Below, in pieces: positions 11,659 to 24,730 of a stretch of DNA of 64,000 nucleotides; position 1 is the stretch's first letter; each line of letters opens with the position of its first letter. Location of the stretch: contig AP026125.1 in assembly GCA_030295235.1 (NCBI GenBank), positions 620,001 through 684,000 of the forward strand. The letters run 5' to 3'. This stretch comes from Fistulifera solaris. Lineage: Eukaryota. The position numbers and the translations under genes were made by a program. The notes beneath the pieces are model-generated. The model did no database searches and was not told the origin of the DNA. It saw nothing but the letters and a program-made list of their open reading frames with translations.

Positions 11659-14600
11659 ATGTTCATATCACCCGACAAGAAGAAAAGAAGCCTGTTTTGG
11701 CTTCTGGCAGTGGCTCATTTATTTGCATTACCGTTCGCATCTCCTTTTGCGAATGCTGGTCAGCAAGCGCTTCCGCAGCGAGAACCCAGAGACTCGTTTC
11801 CGCATAACGCGAAATCGAATCGCAATCAGTTCACGAGGCTCTTTCAAGCTCTCGATGGCACCCAACCGACATCGAAAACATCGAGCTGGAAAAGACTAGG
11901 TCGATTCATTTTCCGTTCCAAAGAAAGCTTGTATAGTTCTTTACAAGAAGGAGACGGTGCATCAAAAGCCTCGCTTCTATCGCGATTATTTTTCAATCAT
12001 GTTACACCGCTGGTGCAAAAGGCGTCGACGCAACGACTCGACCAGACCGACGCTTATCATGTCCCTGTCGAGGAAGAAATGGGGTCTGCCGTCACCAGCT
12101 TTAGTCGAATTCACGAACTAACGAAATTATCCACTGCGCAAAAGCTTCGTGGCAAAGGAAAAGACCCGACAACAATCGATTCTCAGGCTCTCATGTTGGG
12201 AAAGGCGCTACTACTTTTTACAAAGCGCAATTTGTTCATCACGGGATCGTTGCGGTTTCTCAATACGGCCGTACAAGCGTTCCCTGCCATTCTCGTCGCC
12301 CGGCTGCTGCGTTTGGTGGAAGCGGGCACGGCTTCTCCCCCTCAAAAAGCATTGGTGGCGGTCGCGTCGCTCATTTTTGTCTTGACGGTGAAAACAGTGC
12401 TGGAAAATGCGTATTTTGATCTTGTCGTGCGAACGGCCATGCAAGTGAGAGGCGTTTTGGCGGGAATGATCTTTGATAAAAGTTTGCGTCTTTCTAGCAC
12501 CGGTGTTATATTGCCGGCCAAGGGTGCGAATTCGACGGTGGGAACGGGTGAAGTCATGAATCTTATGCAGAGCGATACGAGTCTCGTGGAATCGTTTGCC
12601 ATGCAAATTCATACAACGTGGGAGTAAGTTTCGTGTGGTATTGTTGAAAGACGTGCTTGAAAATGTTCGTTTGTCTCACATGTGATTGTCATTTCTAGTG
12701 GTCCGCTTCAAATTGCTCTCTACACAGCCTTGCTGTACAAATATCTGGGCTCATCTGTGTTTTGGGGCATGGGCGTTCTTTTAGTTTCGATCCCCATCAA
12801 CAGTATTGGATTGAGAATATTGAATCGATTAACGCGAAGTGAAATAGCGGCACGAGATGCCAGAACGAAACGGACGGCCGAGTCTATTAGTAATATGAAA
12901 CTTCTCAAATTGCAAGGATGGGACGAACGATTTGCTCAAGGTATCAGGGAACATCGAAAAGAAGAATTAGGGCGTATGGTGAAGAAGGGTGTGGTTCGGG
13001 CCCTATTGACGGCTTATAGCTCAGGAGTACCGTCACTTGTACTGGTAGTGACTCTATTAGCATACGTCCGACAGTCAACGACTTTGGTTGCGAGCACCAT
13101 TTTTACGGCAATTTCCTTGTTCAACCAACTTCGATATCCTCTCTTCTTCTTTCCGATGTATATTGATAGCGCGGCGAACGCCAGGCAGGCTCTACACCGC
13201 ATTGGGAGCTATTTGGCTTCAGAGGAAAACGTCCGATACGTCAGCCATCAACCACCTCTTTTGATTTCGCCGGGTGGTCCACTGGGCGGGTCAGTTGAGA
13301 TTTCTGATGGAAACTTTCTGTGGTCCAGCGAATCAACACACGATGAAAAACACGGGGCACCGGCTTTGGCTAACGTTAATTTCAAAGCCAATCCAGGAGA
13401 GATTATCGCGGTGGTTGGGACTGTAGGCAGTGGCAAAAGTGCGATCATCAAAGCCTTACTTGGAGAATTAAAGCCTGTTCCCAGTATCGTTTTAGAGCAG
13501 GCAATAACTAACGAAAACGAGAAAGACAAGCTTTCGAAGAACCCCAGTGCATCTGACAGACCCAGAGTCGTCATGCACGGAAATGTGGCCTATTGCTCGC
13601 AGGAGGCGTGGCTTCCTAAAGGATCGATACGTGACGCCATTGTTTTTGGAAGGGAATTTGACGAGGAACGATACAATGCTGCAATTAGAGATGCTGGGCT
13701 GGACAGAGATCTATCGTGTTTTTCGAATAATCAATCATCAAAGTCAACCAGTGTTCTCAGTCACGACACTGATGTAGGAGAAGGAGGCTCGTCTCTTTCT
13801 GGTGGACAACGTGCAAGAGTTGCTCTTGCACGTGCACTTTACAGTGCAGATGATACAAAGGTATTTCTTTTAGACGATTGCCTTGCTGCTTTAGATGCTA
13901 GCGTGGGTTCTATGGTGTTCGAGCGGCTTAGCGCGAGGCTGAGAAAAAACGAACTCAGTTGCAATTTTAGTCACAAACGACCCGTCCATACCTCGCCGAT
14001 GTGATCGTACAATCTTGATGGGCAAAGTGGCAGCGTCCTCATCATGTTCAACGATTATTGACGTTGGAACCTACGATCAGCTAGAGGCTAGAGGACACAA
14101 TCTTCGAAGTGTAACAATAACTGATTTGAAAGAGGTTGGCGATGATTCTGATGAAGAACTCTTGAATACAGAACAGGATAAGTTTTCAAGCCATAAAGAA
14201 GTCGCCATAAATACCGACCCCATCAAACTTCGTTCTCTCGGCGAAAGCATTGTTTCAAACGGTACTGATGATTGTCACCCGGATCCTGAACGCTTCCAAT
14301 TAATGGCGAATTGTCCTGACTACATGAACGATGAATCGGCAATCGTTCACCAAGATCTGAACAAAAGGGATGGTATCAAGGTTGAGCTTTACGCTTCTAA
14401 CGAAACACAGGGGGAATCAACTCCGTATTCCATCCCACTGACATCAGAAAAAGGTGCAACATCACTGACAAATACAATCAAATCAGCCGATGACTCGATG
14501 TCAGTTGGTGCAGTCCCGCTCTCAGTTTACGTGTCCTATTTTAAAGCTGTGAGAAAGCCTGTTCTTTTACTTTTCATGATCGCCTCCTTCCTAATGTCGA

Positions 14601-16401
14601 ATGGGGCTTCCTTCTACCAGCAGTATACGGTTGCAAAGTGGACGGAGATACCGAATTTGAGCAATGCGATTTCTCTAAAATATATGCAGAAACTGGTAAA
14701 GGCGGCATGGGCTGTATCCGGCTTTCTGTTTCTTCGAAGTTTTCTGTCAATGCAAATGGGAATTCGTGCTTCAGAACACCTCCACTCTCAAATGCTATCT
14801 TCCATTTTCGCCGCAACAACCTCATTCTTCGACAGCACGCCGAGTGGTCAGTTATTAGCTCGCTTTGGGAAAGAAATGGAGACTGTTGATCGTGGGGTGC
14901 CTGAGAGTATCAGTTCCGTACTATTCTGCTTTCTTAACATTTTCATGTCTATCGGCGCGCTTGCTGGTGTAATCACACCTGGGATGCTTGTTCCACTCGG
15001 CGCTGTGACTTTCCTCTACATAAAAGCAATGGCATTATATCGACCAGCTGCTCGTGATCTGAAACGGGCTGAAACTAAAACGAGATCCCCCGTTTATACG
15101 CACTTTGCTGAATCTCTTCGCGGAAAGGATATCATTAGATCCATTCCTGGTGCTCGGCAGCGCTGGTCGGATTACCATAGAGCTCTTACTGATAAGAATC
15201 TCGAAGTGTTCGCCACAGTTAAAATATTGGACCGATGGTTATCAACCCGCCTGGAGACTCTAGGTAACTCGGTTGTATTGACTGCTGCCGTGGCTGCCGT
15301 GTTGCTGACGAGAGCTGGAAGACTTCAGCCTGGTTTGGCCGGTTGGGGCCTTACGCAGTCCTTAGCCATCACCGGTCTTATGACTTGGGCTGTCAGGGTT
15401 CTTACCGACATGGAAGGCAATTTTTGAGCGTTTTGCGAGTTAAAGAATTGACGCAAATGGGTAGTGAAGTAGATGCAGGTTCTTTGGCGACGATGCCCAG
15501 AGAATTTTCAAATCCGGGAGAAGCGTTGCGTCCACTACTTCCACCAATGATCACCCAAAAGAACCTCGCTCCCCTAAATTCTACAAGCTTGGTACACAGT
15601 GGATGGCCGTGGCGTGGCAATGTACAGTTTACAAATGTCTCCATGAAGTATAATGCCTTTTCGAAGCTTGTCTTAAGAGGAGTCACTCTGACTGTTCCTG
15701 CGGGGTCCACTCTCGGAATTGTTGGTCGCACGGGCTCTGGCAAAAGTAGCCTGTTATTGACGTTATTCAGGCTCGTGGAAATCGAAGAAAACGGCAGTAT
15801 AGAGATAGATGGAGTGGATATTCGTTCTGTCGGGCTGAAAGAACTTCGTCAATCATTAGCGATCATACCACAAGACCCTGTCTTATTTTCTGGCTCAATC
15901 GCTTACAATCTTGATGCAACTGGAACATCGACAGCGGAAGGAATGTGGGCTGCTCTCGAAGCTGCGTCCCCATCGCTTGCTATACAGTTCCGAAAAATGC
16001 AAGGACTCGCTACAGCAGTCACCGAAGGTGGCAAAAACTTTAGCCTTGGGCAGAGGCAGCTTATCTGCTTAGCAAGAGCTTTATTGCGAAGGAGTCGTAT
16101 CCTCATTCTGGACGAGGCCACGAGCAGCGTCGACTCGACGACAGATCGAGAAGTACAGGGAACAATACGAAGGGAGTTTGTGAATAAAGGTGTAACTGTC
16201 ATCACAGTTGCCCACCGTCTCGACACAGTTCTTGGATATGACAAGATAGCTGTCTTGGGCGACGGCGAAGTGCTCGAGTATGGTTCCCCCAATAGCTTGC
16301 TGCTCAACCCACGAGGTGAGCTTCGTCGCTTAGTCGATGCTGATCGACAGAACAAACGCAAAGGCTCTAGACGACCGATCGCGCCCGTTCCTGCGAACTA
16401 A
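11659..16401 (+). CDS. ABCC/MRP-type full ABC transporter; intron 12625-12699; frameshifts near 13945 and 15422
   Basis: GTVGSGKS, LSGGQRARVALARA and LLDD; FFDSTPSG; GRTGSGKS, FSLGQRQL, ILDEATS and AHRL. Confidence 0.92.
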
Positions 16402-17006
16402 TAAGATCCAGGTCACAGGAACCATTATGGTTCACCAACTTACAACACAGTAAATACGGCATTATAGATTACACAATTGATTGCGATCATCTATGGTTTT
16501 TTTCTTGAGCTCTAGGCTAGTGAGACGTTTCATTTTGATCATGTCTTGGGTGAAGACATATTTGAGCTTCGATATTGATTGAATCTTCTTGAAGGCAAAG
16601 ATGCATTGATTTGTTAGCTGCTAAATGATCGTTCTTTGTACCGTAGGTAGACTTGGGCATTGTCCTTGAACCTTAGCTTGATGCAACATGCAACTAGTCT
16701 TTTACATTAGGTCTAAGGTTTACCTGGTACAACCATTTCAGATTACTTCCCCTTCTAAGTTCTGAGTACCGATCTGAAATGATAAATCCTAAATAATATG
16801 AGGGTGCGACACCTACATCATGCTTACTATACGGAAAATTGTTGGTTTACGTTAGTAAAATGCTCATATATGACATACATACTCGTAGGTATGCATATAA
16901 ATTTGAAAACGACGGAAAGTTGTTGACTCGCATTTGCATCGATCTCTCATCCACAGCCCACAGCCTCTTTTCTTTACATCACCACTTTGGTTGCTTCTTT
17001 TGAGCA

Positions 17007-20000
17007 ATGAACATGGAAACCATGGACGAAACAACACCCGTGAAGGAGGTTTTCCAGTCCCCCGGAGAAATGGGGACCGAACCTCCTCCTCGTCTAATGA
17101 TCACGAAAATTGTAAGTAGCCGCACCTTTCCGTTCGTCTTTTGTTGTCAGTTGACTAACATTCTATGTTCGGTCTTGTAGGAGCTTGAGAATTTCAAAAG
17201 CTATGCTGGAGTGAGAGAAATCGGACCTTTTCACAGCAACTTTTCGGCTGTCGTGGGCCCTAACGGGAGCGGCAAGTCGAACGTAATCGATGCCATGCTT
17301 TTCGTCTTTGGAAAGCGTGCCAAAAAGCTCCGTCTCAACAAAGTTTCCGAACTGATTCACAACAGTGACGCAGTCAAAGACAATCCACCTACATCTGCTA
17401 GAGTTTCTGTTTACTTTCAAGAAATTGTTGATACAGGACCCGATCAGTATCGCGTCATTCCGAACACGGAGACTGTTGTGACCCGAATCGCGCGGAAAGA
17501 CAACTCCTCGACGTACAAAATTGACGGGAAGAACTGCCAGTTCAAAGAGGTTGCTACATACTTGGATGCGAAGGGAATCGATTTAGATAATAACCGATTT
17601 CTGATTCTGCAAGGAGAGGTGGAGATGATTTCCATGATGCCGCCGAAGGGTAAAACGGAGCACGACGAAGGACTTTTGGAGTACCTCGAGGATATTATTG
17701 GAAGCAACAAGTTTGTCGAGGAAACGAATTTAGCAGCGGAAAAGGCAGAGGTTCTGACTGGACAGCGAAGCGAAAAGCTCAATCGCGTGAAAGCGGCCGA
17801 GAAAGAGAAGGACGCTTTGGAGTCTGCTAAGGTGGAGGCGGAGCAACTATTGGGCATCGAGCGAGAGATCCGTCGTCAAAAGAATATCCTGTACCAGATC
17901 AATCAACTGCAAGTCGATCGAGAAGCGGCGAAGCTCAACGAAGAGAAAGAAAACGTTCAGAGTCAAATTCAGGCACTCGGAGAAGACCTTCGAGCATCCA
18001 ACGATCGTATCAAAGAAATCGAAAGCGGTCTCTCGGAACAAAGAAAGGAATATGAGCTAATCTATGACGAGCTTACAAAGACAAAGGAAGAGTTTGCCGC
18101 TTATGAACGTCGTGATATCAAGGTTAGGGAAGAGATCAAACACTTCAAGAAACAAAAGAAGTCTCTCCAAGCCAAGATATCAAGCGAAGCCGAGAAAGAA
18201 GCCAGTGCAATAGCCAAGGGCAAAGAAGCCGAGGAGAGTATTCCTGAAATAGAGCGGGCAATCTGTGATGTCAAAGAAAGTAAGGCAGTGGAAGATGAGA
18301 AGCTAGAGAAAATCTACGACGAGATAAAAGGTATTACGCAGAATCTTCGTACCGAGTTGGACCAAAAAACGCAGGAGCTTGCCCCAATTCTTCAAGAAAA
18401 GGCAACTCTTCAGGCTTCACTTGAGACTGCTGAGACGGAAGCTAAACTTTTACAAGACTCTGCCAAACGTGCAAAAGAGAGATTGGAAGCGTCCGAAGAA
18501 GAACTCGCATCCCTAGATGAAGTACAAGGACAAAAACGTCGTGAAAAAGATGAATGTGAGCTGGCTTTGCAAGAAGCGAAAGACCGAATCATTGCCGCTG
18601 AATCAGAACAAGCTACACTGAAGGGTCAAGAAGAGAAACTGGCAGCAAAGGTAAAACGTTCCATGGTAAGTCTAATGATTTTTAACTGATGTTGCGGACG
18701 AATCAACAATTACTCACTGCGTTTTCCTCAGGCTCGTCTAGAAGAGACGAAGCATGCACTCAATCAAAGGTGGAAGTCGCTCTCCTGTTGTGCGCGATAT
18801 CTTGAAAGCAACAGCCAAAGGCGGAGAGCTTGAAAAATGCGGGGTTTTGGGCCGTCTCGGAGACTTGGCAACCATTCCGGAAAAGTATGACGTAGCAGTC
18901 TCAACTGCTTGCGGCATGCTCGATCACATTGTAGTCCATACAACTTCCGGTGCTCAGAAATGTCTGGAGTATTTAAGAAAGCATAATCTTGGACGTGCTA
19001 ACTTCATTCCTCTCGATAAGATGAAGAAGGGAGCCCACGATCAAGTAGTTAGCACGCCAGAAAATGCACCGCGTTTGATGGACTTGATTGCTCCAAGCAA
19101 TTTTGCCGTCACCCCGGCTATTTATCTTGCTGTCGGAAACACGCTCGTTGCTCCGGATCTGGAAGTAGCCACTCGATGGGCATATGATTACGGAAAGCGT
19201 TGGCGGGTAGTTACCGTAGATGGGAAGCTCATCGACACCGCCGGTACCATGTCTGGAGGAGGAAAGAGCGTCCGCAAGGGTGGAATGAAGATATCGGTAC
19301 GTACGCCTTCTGCGATTGTCACTATGCATATTGAATTCTCTCGTCTGATATTAGAATTTTCCAGAATGCCCGAGCGAGTGCCAAGGACGATGAAGAGGAC
19401 GACATTGCCACTACTGACATCATGAAGCTTGAAGAGGATGTTGACAAGGCAAAACAGTATCTCAGCGAGTGCCGCTCGTCAATGAAGAAGCTCGTCGATG
19501 AAATGAGAACTTTGCAAAAGCTAATCAAGGAGCTTGAAGTCAAGATTCCAAAGTTGGCGATGGAAGTTGAAGGATGCAACACGATTAGGTCGGAACTTAC
19601 TAAACTCATCCCGCACCTTCGTCAAGGGTGTGAGCTGAGCGACGCTGATAAGGACAATTTGAAGAAGCTTCTTCATAAGGTTGACTCGTGCAGATCAGAT
19701 GTTGACGGATGTGCCAAGATGGCTTCCAAATTAGAAAAGGAAGTCGCACGCCTTCAGAAGGCGATTCTTGATGCTGGTGGGCCTGCCTTGAAATCTCAAA
19801 AGGCGACATGCGAAAAACTTTTGGAAGAATTAGAAGCTCTCGAAAAATCCCTTAAGTCAGCTCAAGTAGCAATCGGTGCATCCTCAAAAGCTGCGGAGAA
19901 GGCTCGGAAAGCAAAAGAGAGTGCCGAAGCGCAAATGGAAGAGTGTCTTAAAAGTGCCGAAGAAAAACAGCAGGAATACGAGTTGCTCGAGAAAGATGCT

Positions 20001-21268
20001 TTTGAGGTGATGCAGGCCTACGAAAAAGTGAAGGTGATCGAAGAAGAGAAACGTATAAAGCTTGAGGAAGCATCCCAGGAGTGTGAAGAATTGAAAAGGC
20101 TCAATCGTCGGCCAAATGTGCCGAAGTGGACTTGGCTGGGCAAATGGATGCTCTAAAGAAGCAGTTTCGCGAGTGTGCCTCCAAGAAACAGCACTGGGAG
20201 CAGGAGCTAGCGAAGCTCCAGAAAGCGGCCGACGAAGACGACTACTTCTTACCCGAGGATCAGGACGACAAAGACGAAGAACACGATGCAGGTACTTCTG
20301 ACGAAGAAATGCCCGACTGCAATGATGCCAAGGACAACGATGCTGTCGCTAGCACCCAGACCACACTTCCTCAGTACGCCCCAGACATTCTTGATCGACA
20401 CGGAAAGGATAAAATTAAGGAAAGAATTCAAGTTCTGGAAGCCGAGCGGACCGACATCGCCAAAAATGCCAACATGGGTGCCATTGCAGAGTATCGAAAG
20501 AAAGAAGCTGACTATTTGTCAAAGTAAGTGCGAAGCAAATGAGTCAAAAAATATAGCATCACTAGCCCTCACACTTTCTATCAATCTCTATCCAGGGTGG
20601 CTGAGCTAGATGCTGTTACCGAAGAAAGAAATGAAGCACGTCGACACCATGAAGACCTTCGACGCCAGCGCATGGAAATGTTCATGGATGGTTTTGGAAA
20701 GATTACTTTGAAGCTCAAGGAGATGTACCAGATGATCACACTTGGTGGTGACGCCGAATTAGAGTTGGTGGATTCACTTGATCCGTTTTCTGAAGGAATT
20801 GTATTCTCTGTCAGACCACCGAAAAAATCTTGGAAAAATATTTCCAATCTGTCCGGTGGTGAGAAGACTTTGTCGTCTTTAGCGCTTGTTTTCGCACTGC
20901 ATCACTTTAAGCCGACTCCCTTGTACGTCATGGACGAAATTGACGCTGCCCTTGACTTCAAAAACGTCTCCATTGTTGCAAACTATGTCAAAGACAGAAC
21001 GAAGAATGCCCAGTTCATTATTATTTCGCTGCGTAACAACATGTTCGAGCTGGCTGACCGTCTCGTCGGTATTTACAAAACAAACAACTGCACAAAGTCA
21101 GTTACCATCAATCCTCGCTCTTTTGGTGTCCAAGGACAGCAAAACGGATACGTTCCAGCCACACCAGCCTTGAAGGACCGCAGCAATAAATCTACAATCG
21201 CGTCTTCCGCTGTGAAGACCATCGATCGCTCAACGACAATCGATGCTAGTTTGGAGACCGCTGCTTAA
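17007..21268 (+). CDS. SMC4: Condensin subunit SMC4; introns 17112-17180, 18666-18731, ~19297-19364 and 20524-20596; frameshifts near 18760 and 20095
   Basis: RLMITKI|ELENFKSYAG, GPNGSGKSNVIDAMLFVFG, hinge GRLGDL and GTMSGGG, LSGGEKTLSSLAL and DEIDAALD. Confidence 0.96.
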
Positions 21269-21711
21269 GCTCGTCTAAATCCTTATCTATATAATGAAAA
21301 GTTTAATTTTTTTAGCTCTCAGATTACTCCAATAATCTGATTTGTGAGGAGTCGTCATCTCTAGTTGACGATACCAGACAAACCTCACACACACTAGCTA
21401 TGGTCAAGGCAAGGGGAGTAGCATTAGCTAGAGTTCTGCGTTACGGATCGAGTTTTCCAACCTTCAAGTCCTTCAAGAAAAAAAAAGATCGAAAATCGCT
21501 TTCGGCGTCAAATAATAATGATATGTATCTTGGCAATACTTTCATCTTGGCAATACATAGCATTCATTTCGTCGTCAGCTTTCTGTTTGATTAGCTCAGC
21601 GGCGGCATCTAACTCACTGAACTGGATGAAGCACCTAGCATTGACGTGCTGTTCTTTGTATTGTACCCGACGCGCTTCGTCCTTCTTTTGCCGTGCAATC
21701 TTGACGCCAGA

Positions 21712-22526
21712 ATGAAGAAACGAGTGCTTTCTACTAGAGCAACGGCCGAAACCGGGCTCACAAAGATATCGGTTACTGCGGCGTCAGCTGGTGGTAATGA
21801 TGGCAATGCAAGAAAGAAGATAAGACAAGCAGTGGAGGAGAGCATCACAGACGAAACTATCCGAGATGATATCGTGTCGAACCCCTGGTACACTTTTTTT
21901 CACAAAAGGCGATGCCGAATACGGCGAATACATGGCAACCGAGTGGGGCTTTGAGCGCCGGGGAGATGTTGCTCTCTTCGAGAAGCTTTCTTTGGAGGGG
22001 GGCGCAAAGTGGGCTTTCATGGTTGACGGTTCTTCGAAAGCGTCCGGCGTATCGAAAGGCGTTCTACAATTTTGATCCAGCGAAAGTGGCGCTCATGACA
22101 GAGAATGATGTACAAAAGCTCATTGATTTTCAGAGCGAGAATCCACGTGACCAGCTGGTTCGACACCGAGGGAAAATTGAGTCGGTAATCAACAACGCAA
22201 AATGCATCGTTCAATTGCGAGAGGAATTGTCTACAAAAGAGACGACGTTCGGTGTCTTTGACGACTTACTCTGGTCGTTTGTGGATAACAGGCCCATCTT
22301 AAGTCGCTGTAGTCTGTCACAGCTGCCATCGAAAAGCCCCGAGAGTGAGGCAATGAGCAACGCACTCAAAAAGAGGGGTTTCAAATTTGTCGGTCCAACG
22401 ACCTGCTATTCAATGATGCAAGCGCTCGGAATGGTGATCGATCATCCAATGGATAGTCCCGAATGGTTGGCGGCTTACGAACGATTGAAACAGAGGCCCG
22501 GTGGGTTCCAGGAGAGATCGCCTTGA
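21712..22526 (+). CDS. tag: DNA-3-methyladenine glycosylase I (TagI family); frameshifts near 21895 and 21998
   Basis: EWG, LFEKLSLEG(A)QSGLSW, LRKRPAYRKAF, RHRGKIESVINNA, LKKRGFKFVGPT and DH. Confidence 0.9.
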
Positions 22527-22896
22527 GCAATTTGTATGCGCGTAGTTTGCAAATATGATACAAACCAATGTGATATTAAAGAATAATCACTTATAAAGTT
22601 ACTGGAATGAGGAATGATCACCAGCTTGCCAAACAAGCGGCTTTTACACAATTTCTGTCTGGATCAAACATATTTTAACCACGCCACTGATCGACTTGAA
22701 ATGCACCGAGCCAATGGAAAATGAGCCCTAATTCTGAACAGAACTTTTTGCTTGTTACAATAGACGTGCGGACGATCAATAGTGCGAAGCGAGGACGCTA
22801 TCCCCTTGTTGTTACTCATTGTCCCCGGGGGAAAGCGTGCGAAATGTTGTCTGCTGTATTTTACTACTCCGTATAACTTTGTGCTGTCAACTTATT

Positions 22897-23840
22897 CACG
22901 ACTGCACTTCAGTCATGAATCAATTCGAGCGACAATATTACCTTACGAATTCCTTCGTTCGCCAGATTCTCTTGACCTCCATTTGGACTCCATTTGGAGT
23001 TATTGCAACCAATTAATTTAGCAGAGTTTGCATTACACGCCTTGATCTGTTTACGTGAAAAGCCTAAGAAACGATTCTTTCGTTTTTTTCTATAAACCCA
23101 AAGTGATGGTTAAGGGGACCACGACTGCATTTCAGTCATGAGACATCACCTTTCAACACCTCGTCAGCAATGTTACCTTACGAATTCCTTCGTTCGCCAT
23201 ATTCTCTTGACCTCCATTTGGACTCCATTTGGAGTTGTTGCAACCAATTAATTTAGCAGAGTTTGCATTACACGCCTTGATCTGTTTACGTGAAAAAGCC
23301 TAAGACACGATTTCTTGCGTTTTTTACTATAGACCCAAAGTGATGGTTCAAAGGGACCACGACTGCATTTCAGTCATGAGACATCACCTTTCAACACCTC
23401 ATCAGCAATGTTACCTTACAAATTCCTTCGTTCGCCATATTCTCTTGACCTCTATTTGGACTCCATTTGGAGTTGTTGCAACCAATTAATTTAGCAGAGT
23501 TTGCATTACACGCCTTGATCTGTTTACGTGAAAAAGCCTAAGACACGATTTCTTGCGTTTTTTACTATAGACCCAAAGTGATGGTTCAAAGGGACCACGA
23601 CTGCATTTCAGTCATGAGACATCACCTTTCAACACCTCATCAGCAATGTTACCTTACAAATTCCTTCGTTCGCCATATTCTCTTGACCTCCATTTGGAGT
23701 TGTTGCAACCAATTAATTTAGCAGAGTTTGCATTACACGCCTTGATCTTTTTACGTGAAAAAGCCTAAGAAACGATTTCTTCCATTTTTTACTATAAACC
23801 CAAAGTGATGGTTCAAGGGGATCACGACTGCATTTTAGTT
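22897..23840. repeat. Tandem array of ~4 units (223/238/238/227 bp)
   Basis: cacgactgca(c/t)tt starts at 22897, 23120, 23358, 23596 and 23823 with near-identical sequence between. Confidence 0.95.
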
Positions 23841-23862
23841 GGGTTTTATTCATCACCTACAC

Positions 23863-23893
23863 CATGAGTAAATGGGTTTACCATTTACTCATG
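23863..23893. mobile_element. 31-bp minimal TIR element (CATG ends) flanked by a perfect 7-bp direct repeat
   Basis: cctacac|catgagtaaatgg-gttta-ccatttactcatg|cctacac. Confidence 0.75.
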
Positions 23894-24017
23894 CCTACAC
23901 AGAAAAATCTGGGGATGTGGAATCTTTGTGTACACAGAAAATCTGTGGATCTGTATAATTTTTGTGCAATGATCGATGTTGTGGCGCTTCGCGTGTCTTC
24001 AGTCTTCACACCACATC

Positions 24018-24486
24018 CATGAATCTAAACGGTAAACCCTGGGTTCTTCGTACACGTCCGTTGCGATACAAAAATAGTAGGAACACGGATTAACGCGTCT
24101 CAGTGTGACATAGACTTTGTCATATAAGCTCATTATGTACACGGTCTGTCATTGCTTTTTTCATGAAATTTTCACCCTGTAACATCGCGGTAAAATTCAG
24201 ATCTTAGCGTGTCAATAAAAATGTGAAATCATGGTCCGAATGGATGCAAACACTTTGAATCGATTCAATATAATATATGAAATAATATCGAGGTGTTTGC
24301 ATCCATTCGGACCATGTATATATTTATTTATAAGAACGCTAAAATCAACATTTTGCCGTGATGTTACGCGGTGAATTTTTGTGCCAGCAGCGCAGTACAC
24401 TAAGGCACAGTAGGAGGCGCGTGGATGTCTGATGCGACATTTCGGCCATATGCCCAACCCAGGGTTTACCGTTTAGATTATTCATG
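24018..24486. mobile_element. 469-bp MITE with CATG termini and a 7-bp TSD
   Basis: Perfect 24-bp inverted repeat aatctaaacggtaaaccctgggtt / aacccagggtttaccgtttagatt, extended outward by catg; flanks ccacatc / ccagatc. Confidence 0.85.
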
Positions 24487-24541
24487 CCAGATCATCGTCG
24501 TCATCATCATCATTACAGTATTACTACGTACACCCGGAAAC

Positions 24542-24610
24542 GACGTTAAAATTCTGCCTCGCCGTAGGCTTTACGTAGAAACTTGTACTGAGAGGCAGAA
24601 TTTTAACGTC
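24542..24610. mobile_element. 69-bp hairpin element, copy 1 (putative tiny MITE)
   Basis: 19-bp perfect arms gacgttaaaattctgcctc / gaggcagaattttaacgtc; second copy at 52392. Confidence 0.75.
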
Positions 24611-24730
24611 CTTCCCGGAGTATTATTTTTTATGGTTTCACGTGTTTTTGCACCCATTTCGAAGGTCTACCTTAATAGAGAGGCACATTTTTCGATAATA
24701 TTAAGCTGAAACAGGCCGCAAGAATTCACA

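Noticed and set aside
21712..22526. Recent bacterial transfer of tag, or of the FGGY kinase and MPBQ methyltransferase
   Set aside because: These families already occur in photosynthetic eukaryotes, and nothing in composition or context marks an island
23020..23080. Minus strand of the 238-bp unit loosely resembles the U2 snRNA 5' end (atcgtttct..ggctttt..agatcaag..gtgta)
   Set aside because: The invariant GUGUAGUA branch-pairing sequence is broken, spacing is wrong and there is no clear Sm site; an Infernal search would settle it
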